A stretch of DNA of 64,000 nt. It comes from Carcharhinus longimanus. Its lineage: Eukaryota. The position numbers and the translations under genes are program-made. The first letter of the stretch is position 1. Each line of letters begins with the position of its first letter. Location: the NCBI GenBank assembly GCA_030264375.1, contig JASCQW010000132.1, positions 57,235,036 through 57,299,035 on the forward strand. The letters are read 5' to 3'. Shown here piece after piece: positions 36,799 to 49,174 of the stretch. The notes under the pieces are model-generated. The model searched no databases, was not told the origin of the DNA, and saw nothing but the letters and a program-made list of their open reading frames with translations.

Positions 36799-38115
36799 TG
36801 GGGCATGAGCAGGATAAGAGTCTGCATGTCTTCTCAAAAATCAGGCTGTAGAATCATCTTTGCCACATGCAGTCTAAAAAAGAAGTTTAAATTAGAATCT
36901 TTAATTCAATGCAAAAATAAGTGCTGAACACAAGTTAAAGTGAGAGGAGAAAGTTGGGGTTAAGAGAGACAAAAGAGATGAAATAAAATGTTAAAAAATA
37001 GAGACTTAATTCTTCTCTCATTGCAAATATTTTCTGAGCTATTTCAGGAGTAGTATAAGTAGCTCCTAAGGAATGCAAGCCCCAGAATCAAAGTGCTTTA
37101 AAAGCCAATTTTATCAGATGGTTTATTAGACTGCTAAAAGCACTTTAGTAAAAAGTAAATAGACCATGACAGCAATGAATACAGCCTTTACAAAAATGAA
37201 TACAGCCTTTTTATTAATAATACTTGTTTGGCTTTTTTTCGTTTACAGCGTTTGTTAAGATCTCCAATTTTGTTTCTGTTTACCTCATTCTGTGGTGATA
37301 TGTCTGAAGGGTCGGCAGCTGGACATTAGCCCAGAGCAGCAGTAAGTGGTCTGATGACAGCAGGAGTTTTGCATGATTCCAAAATGCAGAGGGACGTAAT
37401 TGAATAATTACTGCAGCTGGCACCCTGACGATTGCAGTAAGTTGGATCACTCTACACTTCAGGAACGAGGTTCAAACTGTTCAATGTCCCTGGGTATCTA
37501 TAGACAAGAGGGATTTGAACCATTAAAATTAGTAATTTAAGAACAAGCTTCAAGCTTATTCCAAAAAGTAAATCTCAAAATGCCCCCCAGCGTTGAAAAC
37601 GTGGAGAAAATGATGAGTCAAATGTTATAATTATGCTATCTGTATAATAAAGCTTAAGTATAATTAAGCTAAAGAAAGCTTAAGTCTGACGAATCAGCGT
37701 TTTCTTTGATTTGTTGAGTATTAAAGTATGCACCATATCTTTTTAGAACAAAAAGTGATATTTCTGAAAGTAAAAACATTTGCTAAAAGATACGTGTTGT
37801 GAAAACAGGGTTTTATAGGGGCTGTGGGCTGTCAGAGGTTACGGTATGTGAAAGCTGACAGTGTGGGGCCTGATGTTACTGTACTTTGTTAAAACAAAGC
37901 TGTCCTTTAAAACATGTTTTTTTTTGTTGACACCTACAATGTTCCCAGACCCTAAAATTGGCACATTTTAGGAATGAGAAAATCTAGATCATTTATAATT
38001 TGTACATTGTATTACCTATTTAAATTTCAGGAATTAAACGTTTCAGTCACATTGGATCTTTCTTCAACTTATGGGGGACAATATTCTGAAAGAATTTAAT
38101 TGCTATCATATATAT

Positions 38116-38794
38116 TGTTATGACCAGTCCCCCAATTAAGTTCCCAAATTTGTAAAATTGGGTAAGATCCCTCAATTTATTAGTGTCCGGCTGAGATACC
38201 AACACACTGTTTCGCTCTGGGTGAGGAGGAATGAACTGACTCCCTTTTTTTAAACCAACCCCTCTGCTGATCACAACAAGATTAATCTAAAAAGGATCTG
38301 ACCATTTGTGGTCTTTTTTCTGAGTTCCAATGTTTATTTTTTAAAAGGCACAACTTAACCAGGTTTTCTCAAATTCAAGATAGAATGAGTTTATCAACTG
38401 CTAAAGACAAGAAAATGATAAAACATATGCATATATATTCAAATGGATTAGAAGTGAGAAGTGAAACCAAAGTAAATAAGTAACAAAAGGAATACAAAAT
38501 AGTGCTTGGCTCATGAGGAGTAGGTATTGAGCATTGCGGCTGTTATGACTCAAGATTCCAGAAGTGCTGACTTCAGCAGATGAATAGTCAGTTTTAAGAT
38601 TCTGATGTTCTGTAGTTTGGCAAAGGAGCTTTCTATTTCCATCACAGCTGTGGTCTTTGCTGACTTGGCTAACTACAACAATCAGAGAAAGATGGAGACA
38701 TACATGCACAAAGCTTTTGCAGGGGTGCTGCTGTTACTGGGTGACTTTTGCTTCTGTATGACCCATGTTCTGACACCCAGCATTGACATTAACA

Positions 38795-38835
<41 letters not shown>

Positions 38836-39084
38836 ATAGCTTGATGAGGTGATACTCATCTCTCATGGCCTCCCATTGTCTCCTCCAGAGATGGCAATTA
38901 GTTTCTGGATGTTTTAGAAACAAGGTGGGGTTCCATTGTCCCTCAGAGTATCACCCACCTGCAACTTAGCCAGTGACTGAACCATCTTTGGTCTGCTTTG
39001 TCCATTTTTTTAAAACTCATAGGTCTTATTCAAAGTTCAATATTTTCAGACACAATTTGATGTTTTTTCTTCATTATTATGACA
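38116..39084 (-). mobile_element. Probable solo LTR of about 970 bp
   Basis: Termini TGTTATGA...TTATGACA; minus-strand AATAAA near 38333; TSD imperfect (TATAT / TATTC). Confidence 0.5.
38792..38832. repeat. (CA)n microsatellite
   Basis: Directly visible, with one interruption. Confidence 0.98.
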
Positions 39085-39094
39085 TATTCAACTA

Positions 39095-39570
39095 AAAAAA
39101 TCAGGCTAGTCACACACGATTTGACTTTAACAATTTTCTGCTGTTTCTCCTCTCATGTTTGCCTAAATAGCAGTCAATTTTCCCATGGAGTATTGTTTCT
39201 AAAATGTTCCTCACTATGACATTAAACTGACTGGACTATAATTCTTAGGGTGATCCTTTTCCCTTTTTTTGAGCAAAGTTACGACATTTCAAATTCTTCA
39301 GTCCTTTTGCACCCCTTTATCTAAGGAGGATTGGAAGTTTGTTGCCAGTATTTCTGCAACTTCAACCTTTACTTTCCTCTGAAATTGAGAAATTATCCCA
39401 TCTGGGCTGGGTGATTTATCCATTTCTAATATCACCTCTTTATATATTTCCTTGTCATTCAGCATCCCAGAAAACACCCTATTTACCATTGCTATGGCAA
39501 AATCCATTTTTCTCATTAAATGCTGATGCGAATGATTCATTAGCTCTTCAGCCAAGACTTTTTCTTTCAT
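39095..39570 (-). mobile_element. CR1 fragment
   Basis: MDKSPSPDGIISQFQRKVKVEVAEILATNFQSSLDKGVQKD. Confidence 0.85.
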
Positions 39571-39847
39571 CTAAACCAGCCCGCCATTTCTCTGAGAAAT
39601 TTTTGACTGTTAAATATGCCTCAACCTTTGAACACCCTTTTATGTTAACGAAAAACGTTTATCTTACTGCAGCAGAGAACAGTTTTGATTTGTTGACCTC
39701 TGGGTTATCAACCCTTCACTCTTTGGCTGTACCATTCTGTCAGATGCTTCAAGTATTTGCAAAAATGGCCACACTGCAGTGACGGTGACTGGGGGACATT
39801 CAGGGACATAGGCCTGGCTACAAGGTAAATGATCCAACTTGTCAATC

Positions 39848-40170
39848 AGAGCACTTCAAAGGAGTCAGACACCAGATGCTACTCTTTTACAGGGGAACTC
39901 CCCTGTTAAACTCAATCCCTGCTGTCCAAAAAAAACACTTCAAAGGGAGTTCAGAGCAATTGGGCCTTATGAGAGAAAGCAAGGAGAGATTCCTGATAAA
40001 ACTGACAGGTCCTTTCTATAGAGCACTTCAAAGGAGTCATTTAATACCTGCTGCTTATGACATTAAACCAGGGCCATTCCTTATGTGGAATGGATTGCTG
40101 CCCTAATTTCGAAGACTTCCATGTGTCCTTGAAGAATGGATATCAACGTGACCAGGGCACTTCAAAAGGT
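39848..40170 (+). repeat. Spaced repeat of CACTTCAAAG(G)
   Basis: Copies start at 39852, 39936, 40024 and (variant) 40158; copies 1 and 3 share AGAGCACTTCAAAGGAGTCA. Confidence 0.8.
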
Positions 40171-40514
40171 TTTAAAGCACAGAAATATCATAAACATTTT
40201 TCCCAGAATGGTGTCTGAAAGCACCATCCTGAGATGGACAACTTCCTGTCTCCAGCCCAAGCCCACCCAATCCCCAGGTTCTTTAGGGTCTGTCCCTCTG
40301 CAGCCTGGCAGTGCCAGAGGGGCACAAAGGCATAGCATTTATCTCCCAGCCTCCATCCCCTCATTGGTATCCAAGGCACCAGATCAAGATGTCACTGCCT
40401 GGCACCCCATCTCAAACTGTCTCTCTTCTGGCTGGGTGGGAGGTGGTAAAGCCTCTAGCTGGGATGAGGGCTTGGGTCACCCTCATGCCTGCACTATGTG
40501 GAGGATATACTGAC

Positions 40515-40833
40515 CCATGTTTTGAGTGATGGAATGTAGGATCCCTTTTTGTGTTGAAGGGTTGGGAGCGCTCCCCTTACAACCCAGCAGGGGTTGTAAT
40601 GTCTGATGTGGGGGGAGAGAGGGCTGTCTCTCAGTGCTGAGATCAGGGCACCCTTTAAAAACAGCACTGCCATTTCTGTAAAGCTGGGCTGGCCACTGTG
40701 ACTTGAGACATTTATAAATTTAAATGATTAAGGTGGATGAATCCCACCTGACGGATACTGCTAATGCCAACAGGAAACACTCAGTTTTCCCACTGGCGGG
40801 AGCACCAAGAGTGCAATCGGGTGATTATTGGCC
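40515..40833. mobile_element. Right arm of a non-autonomous TIR element related to 58400-59290
   Basis: Shared CTGAGATC.GGG...CCTTTAAAAACA block; end GGGTGATTATTGGCC. Confidence 0.45.
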
Positions 40834-40890
40834 ATAGTGCGCTCTGCCACTGCGGAGGCCCTTGGTTCTCCCTCTCATTATCTTCAAGAA

Positions 40891-41705
40891 TGGTTTGATG
40901 AAAACAATGAGTTAATCCAAAAATTGCTGGAAGAGAAACATCACTTCTACGGGAGTTACCTCACTGACAAGCCATCATAATTCATGTACGATGCCTAATA
41001 AAGTATCCACAGGCCTGTCGAATACAAGCTCAGAGAGATGCAAAAAACGTACTGACTGATAAAGCAGACAGACTTCAGTTATGTGCAGACTACAAAGATG
41101 GAAAAGGTGATCTGCACCCCATCTATTGTCTCCAATCTATTAGTGTAATAATGTAACCCTTAGTTATGAAAGATCAATTGATAGACAGGGTACATTAACT
41201 ACTTCCTCAATCAACCTTCATCCACCAATGAAGGAGCAATAAACAAAGTCCCACAGGTTGTCATCAATTGCCTGATGATCCTCCCACACTGTTAGAAATG
41301 ATGAACATTATTGACCTCCCGTGCAGCAGAAAAGCTCCAGGAGCTGATGTTATTCCATCTGAGTCTACAAGGCTGGAGGTCAATGTCGGGCCAAGAAGAT
41401 CACTGAACTGTTTCAGTCTATGTCGGCTCAGGGAACCATCCCACAAGAATATCAAGATGCCTACATTGTCTACCCGTACAAGTGGAAAGGAATGCAAATC
41501 TGTGACATACAGTCATACAGGCATCTCATTCCCTTCCATTGTCTGATAAAATCTTTCCTTCTGAACTGTCTAGTGCAACAGCTTGCCCAGTACCCATTGC
41601 CAGGGAATTAGTGTGGTTTCAGTGAAGGCCCAGGAAACACTGACATGGTGTTTGTAGTTAGTCATCTCCAGAAGAAATGCTATGAACAGAACACAGACAT
41701 AACTA
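40891..41705 (+). mobile_element. RTE-clade LINE fragment
   Basis: WFDENNELIQKLLEEKH, KLREMQ, KAPGADVIPSE, QGTIPQEYQDAYIV, CGFSEGPGNTDMVFVVSHLQKKCYEQN. Confidence 0.88.
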
Positions 41706-42724
41706 AACCAAGACCGTTGGCACAGCCAACCCTGGCAATAAAGCTAAATAAAAGAAAAACATGCATTGCCATAGTATCCATGGAACCACCACCACAAAAC
41801 CCTGAAAGGAGATTTGCAGACGGTCACAACTTCCAAGATGGACCTGGGTCAAAGACAACCTTAAGACTGAAACCTCAAAGTTTATATGGAGAAATGTTTC
41901 ATAAATAACTTTTCCAAAACCATCTAGTAAAGCACTGAGAGAAACTATGTTTTGCATGTTACCAAATCCAAGATTTACTGATGGGAAAATTCTGCATGAT
42001 CAAAAGAGGGACTTGGAGGAAGTGCCTCAGACTTACAAATGGGAATGAGGACATTATTTCATCTTCAGCAGAGCAAGCTAATGGTGACATATTTCATGTT
42101 GATTTTATTATGTAGTTTTCTGTCATCCCAGAAGTTAAAAGACACCAAGGAAAGATGGAGAAACAACAGTATACCCAAGGAAAACTGTTTAGATAATTAA
42201 CCTCATCAATGTTACTGCATTAATATCTTCCATTTGCACATTGCTGTCAAAGTAATGAAACATCTCGAGGCACATCACAAGAGAGTAATCAGAGCATAAT
42301 GACTCCAATAATGGATTGAAATTTCATGGCTTGGTGGTGCGTGGTTTTTTCCCTAGGGCAGAAATAAATATTCTACTTGTTCTGTTTCATGTATAAAGGA
42401 ATGTTTCAGTATTAACACCACACTGTGGTAGTTTCTGATGGGTTCTCCTGTTGCTTCAACAGATAAGTGTTCAGCAAGAGAAAATAAATGGTTTATAGCC
42501 TGATTTGATGTCACCTCATGCTTAACCTTAATCAAGTTTCGGTTTGCATAACTAATTGCAAACACTGCATATGAAGTCAGTGTTGAAGATAAGGATAGCA
42601 CACTGGCTTTACACCATGCTCTCCTGTCCTGAAGGCACTGGATTCTTGCTCCTTGGATGTCATAATTGTTTGATGACAGAGACATCTCCATTTGGGTGTG
42701 TCCAAGGTTGTTTTTTTTCCACCT

Positions 42725-42965
42725 TATACTGAGAAAAGTGGCTGAACGGCTTCCAACTCCTGAGATGAATGTGGGGCATCTCCTGACAGGACAGTATGCC
42801 AAATATGGAAGTGCAGCAACATGAAGGGATCCCCAGCATGTTTGCCTTTAAAGTCAACGGCGACTCCATTGACTGTTTCATCTGAGCAGAAATGAATGAT
42901 GGATGCAGCCAAATGAATGCTATGGGGAGCTTGCTATCGGCATGAGACCAACAAGTCACCCACAA
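42725..42965 (+). mobile_element. RTE-clade LINE C-terminal fragment
   Basis: GIS*QDSMPNMEVQQHEGIPSMFA...QRRLH...MNDG...YGELAIGMRPTSHP (cf. YGELxxGxRPxGRP). Confidence 0.8.
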
Positions 42966-43771
42966 GCCCCAGGGTGGGTGGATGATGGCGATGATATCCT
43001 GTCATGGACAGATGCGATGAACCAGCTGGATTTTTTCCAGTCCTTCATTCCTGTATCTTCAATTAAATATATAACTTTGTTTTAATACCAGCAAGATGCT
43101 CTGAGCACAACTTGAAATCTCCTTACATGGTGAGATAATGTGAAACATATGTTACAAAGCAACATTTTTCTTCCCCCCCCATCAACCCATAACAGATGAG
43201 AAGACTCCTGTAGTGACTCTACTGGAGTCTAATTTAAAGTAATTTATCTGGAGTCTGTTACAGGCAATGACTAACATGATACTCAAACCTGAAATAGAAA
43301 CAGCGCATCAACCATGAATTTGATACAAACTCATTAATTGTACAGATTATCACTAGATATTTGATAATGGTCATTTGGTAAGAATCATCTTACTTTGTGC
43401 TATACACATTTCATAGACAGCCATATTGTAAGCAGATGCAAAGTCTCACAAAAATGTTGGTTCAATGGATGGGATGCTGACCAGATGCCTCTTTAATTAA
43501 ACAAACAAAATATGGCGACTTCTAAAAATAGACCTTATTGCTACCAGACGAATAAATCTTCTCCAAATGTCTGGGAGCTTGATCGAGGAGTCTGGAAAAT
43601 CGATGCTCCAGCAACACTGTGGACAGATTTGCTATTTGTTCAAATCCCAAAGCCCATAATCTCAAACTTCAGAATTACCGCCCAGGTTTAACACAGGCCA
43701 GTAATAATTGTAACTCATCGTAACTGGAAAAATTATCAAATCAACTCAATGTAACTGTATAAAATACAGAA

Positions 43772-44036
43772 TGGTAGCACAGTGGTTAGCACTGCTGCTT
43801 CACAGCACCAGGGACTCTGGTTCGATTCCTGGCTTGGATCACCATCTGTGTGGAGTTTGCACATTCTCCCTGTGTCTGCATGGGTTTTGTCCAGGTGCTC
43901 CGGCTTCCTCCCACATTCTGAAAGACTTGCTAGTTAGGTGTATTGACCTAAACAGGCGCCAGACTGTGGCAACTAGGGGAATGTCAGAGTAACTTCATTG
44001 CAGTGTTAATGTAAGCCTTACTTGTGACTAATAAAT
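43772..44036 (+). mobile_element. HE1-head SINE with Rex1-like tail
   Basis: Head TGGTAGCACAGTGGTTAGCACTG; tail GTAACTTCATTGCAGTGTTAATGTAAGCCTTACTTGTGACTAATAAAT. Confidence 0.92.
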
Positions 44037-44453
44037 ATACTTTAAGCTTTTTTTAAAAGAAGAATTAATATGTCAGTTTTAAATGGGTTAACACCTCAAA
44101 ATAACTGAGAAGACGGAAAAATATCATATAAACAAGTTAAAAGTTAATTTGCTAAAATTGGAAAGTGTGTATGGAATTGTTACCTACACATCTGTTGATA
44201 TTAATGGTAAAGTTTATGGGATCACTTTCCAGATTACGAACAAACTTAGTAGAAGGCAATTAACTTCAGCTTCACAAAACTACAAATTGTCTGCAGGAGA
44301 TGTAACCCTTGACTTTTTTGCCTCCTGTTTTTCACAATCCAAGGCCCTAAACAGGTGAAACAGCAACTTATGTGTACATCTTTCAATTTAGTACATTGTA
44401 TTCATTATCCACAATGTGGTCTCCTCTACACTGGACACACCAAATGAAGATTG

Positions 44454-46100
44454 GGGTCTGAATTTTTGCTACGACAGAGGAATTGGAATCCTCCCCTGAA
44501 ACCATTTTCATGGGGCAGGAATGGGCCCACGTCAAGTACGCGCACCTCTGTTTCATGGGGGCAGCTGCCCATATAGTAGCTGTCTTGACTCAAGTAGGAT
44601 TTTGGTCTCCCGGATGTTTGAAACACGACATGTGCAGAGTGTAGCTGTAGTAGCAGGTCTAAATTTTGTGTATTTCTTTGGAGGCGCACAGGTATCCCTG
44701 TGGAATTTGTTTTAAACTTACATTAACTGCCTTTGAATTGACAAAAGCTAAGTTCAAACTGCATCGTTTTAATCCAAATGTCTTAGGGGGTGGATCTTTT
44801 GGACTGAAGAGCAGTTTTTATTCTCCCTTCCACCTGATGCACCCAGATGCTAGGAAGAACTTCCTGCTAGAGGTGGGCATATTGTGCTTCATGCAAAGGA
44901 ACACATAAGATGGGCACACCACCCTTACACATTAATGCCATAGAAGCCAGGCAATTTGAGCAGAGGCCAGAGGCAGAGCAGCTCAAAGGAGAGGGTGCCA
45001 CACACACACCAGGGAGGTGGAGGAGGAGATATGGGCCAGACTAGTACGATCCTATGGATAGAGTGTATAAACCTAGGACATCCTACCTCAATATGACGGT
45101 GAACTAGTGCCTAAGGTAACTGAGGCTTAGCCATGAGAGGCTGATAGACATATGTTACATAGTCCAGCAGCAACCACAACCCATCAACCCCCATGCCCTA
45201 CCAATGGCTGTGCAGATAAGCATCAATCCGAACCTGGTTATTGACTCCCTTTTCGACTCCTCAAACTGAGGCAGAGTGCAAATACAACAGCAGCCATTTC
45301 GTCACTAGGATGAGAATCAATCAGGCTATTGATCTGCTAAAAATATGCTTCAGGTGTCTCGATTACTCATGTGGAGCACTGTAATATGCCCCAGCAAAGC
45401 TATCAAGAATAGCACAACATTGCACAGCCTACACATTGATGATGATGAGGTAATGGAGAGAACTCCAACCTCTGAGGAGGAAGATGGAAGAGAGGAGGAC
45501 ATCTCTATCCATTTGAAAGATTCCAAACTGGACGAGGAGGTGGCCAACGGCAGACCAACTGGGAGACAAGCCTGGCACTATACAGGAGAGGATTATCTTC
45601 AGACCTGTACTTTTGCAAAATCAATGCATGTAAGGTCCTCCTATCTCACTAGCCACCAAACAGTCCCTGGTTGAGAAACTTCCAAGTACAGAACCTTTAA
45701 CATTGATACCACAATTACTCAGGGAAATGCCATCCCCCACAAGAGAGGGCATCAACATCAATGACTCAGTCACATTAAAATGGCTGAAACCCTCATCATG
45801 ACAACAGTTTCAACATCTTAAGAACACGCATGATAAGACGTCCTTCACAACCTGGCCCATCACATAAATACCAGTGCCTATAAAAGAGGTACTAACATCT
45901 CTACATTGTCCACAATCAAACCATGTCCACAATGCTGAAAGTGACATGGCTTAAGATTTTACACCCTCTACATGCTTATAGGACTTTATGTGCTGGTAAA
46001 CATGTAAATTAAGCCGACAACAATGCCACAACAACTCTGTTAATAACTTGTGCACCATTCATTCTAGCCAGTGGTTCAGTTTCTGAACTGGGCGCTATAA
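44454..46100 (+). mobile_element. PIF/Harbinger transposon remnant (right boundary uncertain)
   Basis: Left TIR-like GGGTCTGAATTTT upstream of a HARBI1-like transposase relic. Confidence 0.7.
45040..45620 (+). pseudogene. Harbinger (HARBI1-like) transposase pseudogene with large internal deletion
   Basis: RVYKPRTSYLNMTVN*CLR*LRLSHERLIDIC...HALPMAVQI joined to WLLTPFSTPQTEAECKYNSSHFVTRMRINQAIDLLKICFRCLDYSCGAL*YAPAK, then an acidic tail. Confidence 0.9.
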
Positions 46101-46340
46101 ACAACATTCCAAGCTTTCGTAAACCTCTGCTTCTCTCATAAAGCACATCCTCTGCCATTGGAATGCAAATGCTGCCAAAGTAGCAGGGACAGCAGATGAA
46201 CAATATTTCTTGCAGCAGACGTGGCCTGTTGAGCTGCAATACCTACACCTAGGCCAATGCAGCTCAGTGTCATGTGGATGAAAGTCGTGCACTCAGCAGG
46301 CAATCCTGAGATATATCTGCTGCCCAGCATCTCCTCATAA

Positions 46341-46414
46341 GGGGAAATTTTCCCACCCGGCCCATCATGGAAATCGTAGCTCACTAGGACGAGCTTGATC
46401 AGAAAATCCCACCC
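46341..46414. mobile_element. Very short MITE
   Basis: GGGGAAATTTTC / GAAAATCCCACCC, preceded by TAA. Confidence 0.5.
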
Positions 46415-47732
46415 ATAGAGTCTGATCATTGAACTTCCCTTAATGTCATGTTTGGATGGATAACAAAAGATGCAAGGAACATGCCAGTGCTTGAGCCTTT
46501 GAGCTCTGGAATCTTGTGTGATAGACCAGAGAAGGAAGAAGTCCTGCAATGATTCACAAATATGGTAATACACTCACTCCTGATAACTTCACTTCAGAAT
46601 GCAAAACCAATCGAATTTAGCCTACAGTTTGAGTCAATAGGACAAAAATGTGTCAGGTCAATAACTGAAAAGGCTAATTGTTGATAACTGTCTCTTTGCA
46701 AGACTAAACAAAATTCCTTATTCATTCACAAGTTTAGCATCCTGAAAGGAACTTAAGTAGAATGAATGGTGAATCAAAATGCATTCCCCGTGACTCATCT
46801 AAATGTCAATTGTTGTCAATGAAAAGTATGACATCGTCAAAGCTAAGCTTGCAGTGATGTGGCTCATTCGAATCTTCACTCCGCAGTCTGCATACTTTAA
46901 TCATTTGAATAATAAGTTCAGAATCATTTTATTCATCATGTTTTACCAATCTCTAATGTGGCTGCGTGCAGAACATCCTAAACAGGAATATTGAATAATG
47001 TAAACTGTGTATCAGGACCATGAATTGATTAAAGACAAAAGGGATGGTTATCTCTTTAAGTCTTTAGATTGTTGATGTTGGCAAGGAATTCCTTAGATTT
47101 TTTTTGTACGAGTGCAACAATGTTTATATATTTAAGAAACTACACTTTGATACTTGCATTAATCTGTGTCAGCCACTCCCAATCACAAAATTTAGCCTAA
47201 AAATCTTTGGTTGAAAAACTATTTATTTTGATGGTATGAATGCCTTAATGAATCTAAAAAGGCATCCGTGGAACATGAGCACATTTCTGCCATGACTTGG
47301 ATTAGTACGGGCCCAGTTAACATCGGACAATACTACTGCAGTTATCTGTTCCCTCTGCCTGTGCTTGGTCCTGCTGGATACAAGACAGTCCTCCTTATTT
47401 CCGTCTCCTCCACCAAGAAGCCAGTGCAGCCTTGGAGAACCTAATGTGCCTGTTCTCTCCCATGTTTGCTTATTTTTCTCCCTTTCCCCAGGCCCGATTC
47501 AATAGATAAAGGACTCTCAGCACCAGCTCCTGCCACAATGCAATTCAAGCAATGCAGACTAGTGCTAGCAAGTAACGATTCTGGAACTCCTGCTGATGCA
47601 TTCAGACAACTAGTAACACAGTTAACGACTGCAAGACATTAAAATGATGATAATGAGGATGTGGCATAAAAATGTCATGCTGCCAGCATTACATTGAATG
47701 TGTGTGGAGTACTGTCTTTTCATTAAAAAACT

Positions 47733-48008
47733 CATAGAATCCCTACGATGCAGCAGGACGCCATTCAGCCCATCGGATTTGCACTGACTTGTCTACACAT
47801 CTTGGGAAATTAAGGCATAATGCACAAGGCCAACCCACCTAACCTGCACATCTCTGGACTGTGCAAGGAAACCGGAGCACTCGGAGAAAACCCACGCGGA
47901 CACAGGGAGAACCTGCAAACTCCACACAGACAGTCACCCAAGGCCAGAATCGAACCCGGGTCCCTGGTGCTGTGAACCAGCAGTGCTAACCACTGTGCCA
48001 CCATGCCA
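47733..48008 (-). mobile_element. HE1-type SINE (CR1 tail)
   Basis: CATAGAATCCCTAC...ATCGAACCCGGGTCCCTGG...CACTGTGCCACCATGCC. Confidence 0.92.
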
Positions 48009-48059
48009 CAGTTATAAAATATATACAGTTATAAAATTCCTCTTTCATCTCTATAATCT

Positions 48060-48550
48060 TTGAAGAGCCAATGAAATTGTCATGGGTATTGAATATTTTT
48101 AAAGCTGAATTTGATAGATTCTTGATTAACAAGGAGTCAAAGGTTATTGGGGGTGGACAGGGAAATCAAGTCAAGCCAACAATTAGATCAACTATGATCT
48201 TATCAAATAGCAGAACAGATGTGAGGGGCCAAATGGCCTACTCCAGCTCTTCATTCCTGTCTTCCTGTGTTTTTGTGAAAGATGGAATTAAGGTGGAATT
48301 TTTTCTCTCAGACGGTTGTTAATCTTTGGAATTCTCTGTTCCAAAAAGTAGTAGAGGTTGATTATTGAATATATTCAAGGCTGACTCAGACACAGGTTTG
48401 ACCTGGGGGGGGGGAGTCAAGGGTTATGGGAGCCAGGCAGGAAAGTGGAGTTAAGGTCACAACCAGACCAACCATAATTTTATTGACAAGCTGACTAAGT
48501 GTGATGGGCCGAATGGTCCACTGCTGCTCTTATTTCTTATGGTCTTATGA
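48060..48550 (+). mobile_element. Two successive CR1 3'-end fragments
   Basis: Each has TTGAATAT.TT.AA.GCTGA and ends with GGGCC.AATGG.C.ACT.C.GCTCTT. Confidence 0.85.
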
Positions 48551-48964
48551 AATCCTCTTCTTTAAAAACATGTTTTGAAGCCATGAGCTTCATGTTGCAT
48601 TTCATTCAATAAGGAATTTCATGCCCAGTCAAATGTCTATTGAGCTCTCGTTTCTCTTTTGCCATCTTTCCACATTCTATAATTTGTATTAGATTGTATG
48701 ATTTCTTTTACATTTCATTTTATGAGTTGATTTTTTTTACTGTTTCATATTTAAAGATATCAGTCTAGAAATTGGACTGTACCTGAATTTGAGTCACAAT
48801 CTCAATACCATGCATGCTGCGCATCATCTTATGAGATCTGTGGAGATCAGCTTGGAGATGGAATTTGGAGAGAAATCAAGAACGATCATTCCGCAGGTGG
48901 AGGTCCACCTCGTTGTCAAACGAGGGGCATGCACACGGTGGGTCGTGCGTGGGCTGCTCTTGGA

Positions 48965-49064
48965 NNNNNNNNNNNNNNNNNNNNNNNNNNNNNNNNNNNN
49001 NNNNNNNNNNNNNNNNNNNNNNNNNNNNNNNNNNNNNNNNNNNNNNNNNNNNNNNNNNNNNNNN
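48965..49064. other. Assembly gap (100 N)
   Basis: Run of N. Confidence 1.
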
Positions 49065-49150
49065 AATAGGTGTAGGGTGATGCAGCGGCGCGGGCTTGTT
49101 GGGCCGAAGGGCCTGTTTCCCGTGCTGGGTTGTTCTTTGTTTCTTTGTTT
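49065..49150 (+). mobile_element. Young CR1 3' tail
   Basis: GGGCCGAAGGGCCTGTTTCCCGTGCTG..TTGTTCTTTGTTTCTTTGTT with CpGs intact. Confidence 0.8.
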
Positions 49151-49174
49151 ATATCAGATTGTTTCCCCTGACAG

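Noticed and set aside
39848-40170. CRISPR-like repeat-spacer pattern
   Set aside because: The repeats are only 10-20 bp, few and irregular, in vertebrate DNA with no cas genes
43771-43992. Recurrent small ORF family MVAQWLALL... (also at 8429, 26741, 47810, 50720) and tRNA-like A/B boxes
   Set aside because: These are translations and heads of SINE copies, not a peptide gene family or tRNA genes
45040-45620. Host HARBI1 gene
   Set aside because: Multiple stops and an internal deletion; it is a transposon relic, so no gene symbol was assigned
47470-47575. Strong polypyrimidine acceptor followed by a short open frame
   Set aside because: Weak donor and unrecognisable peptide
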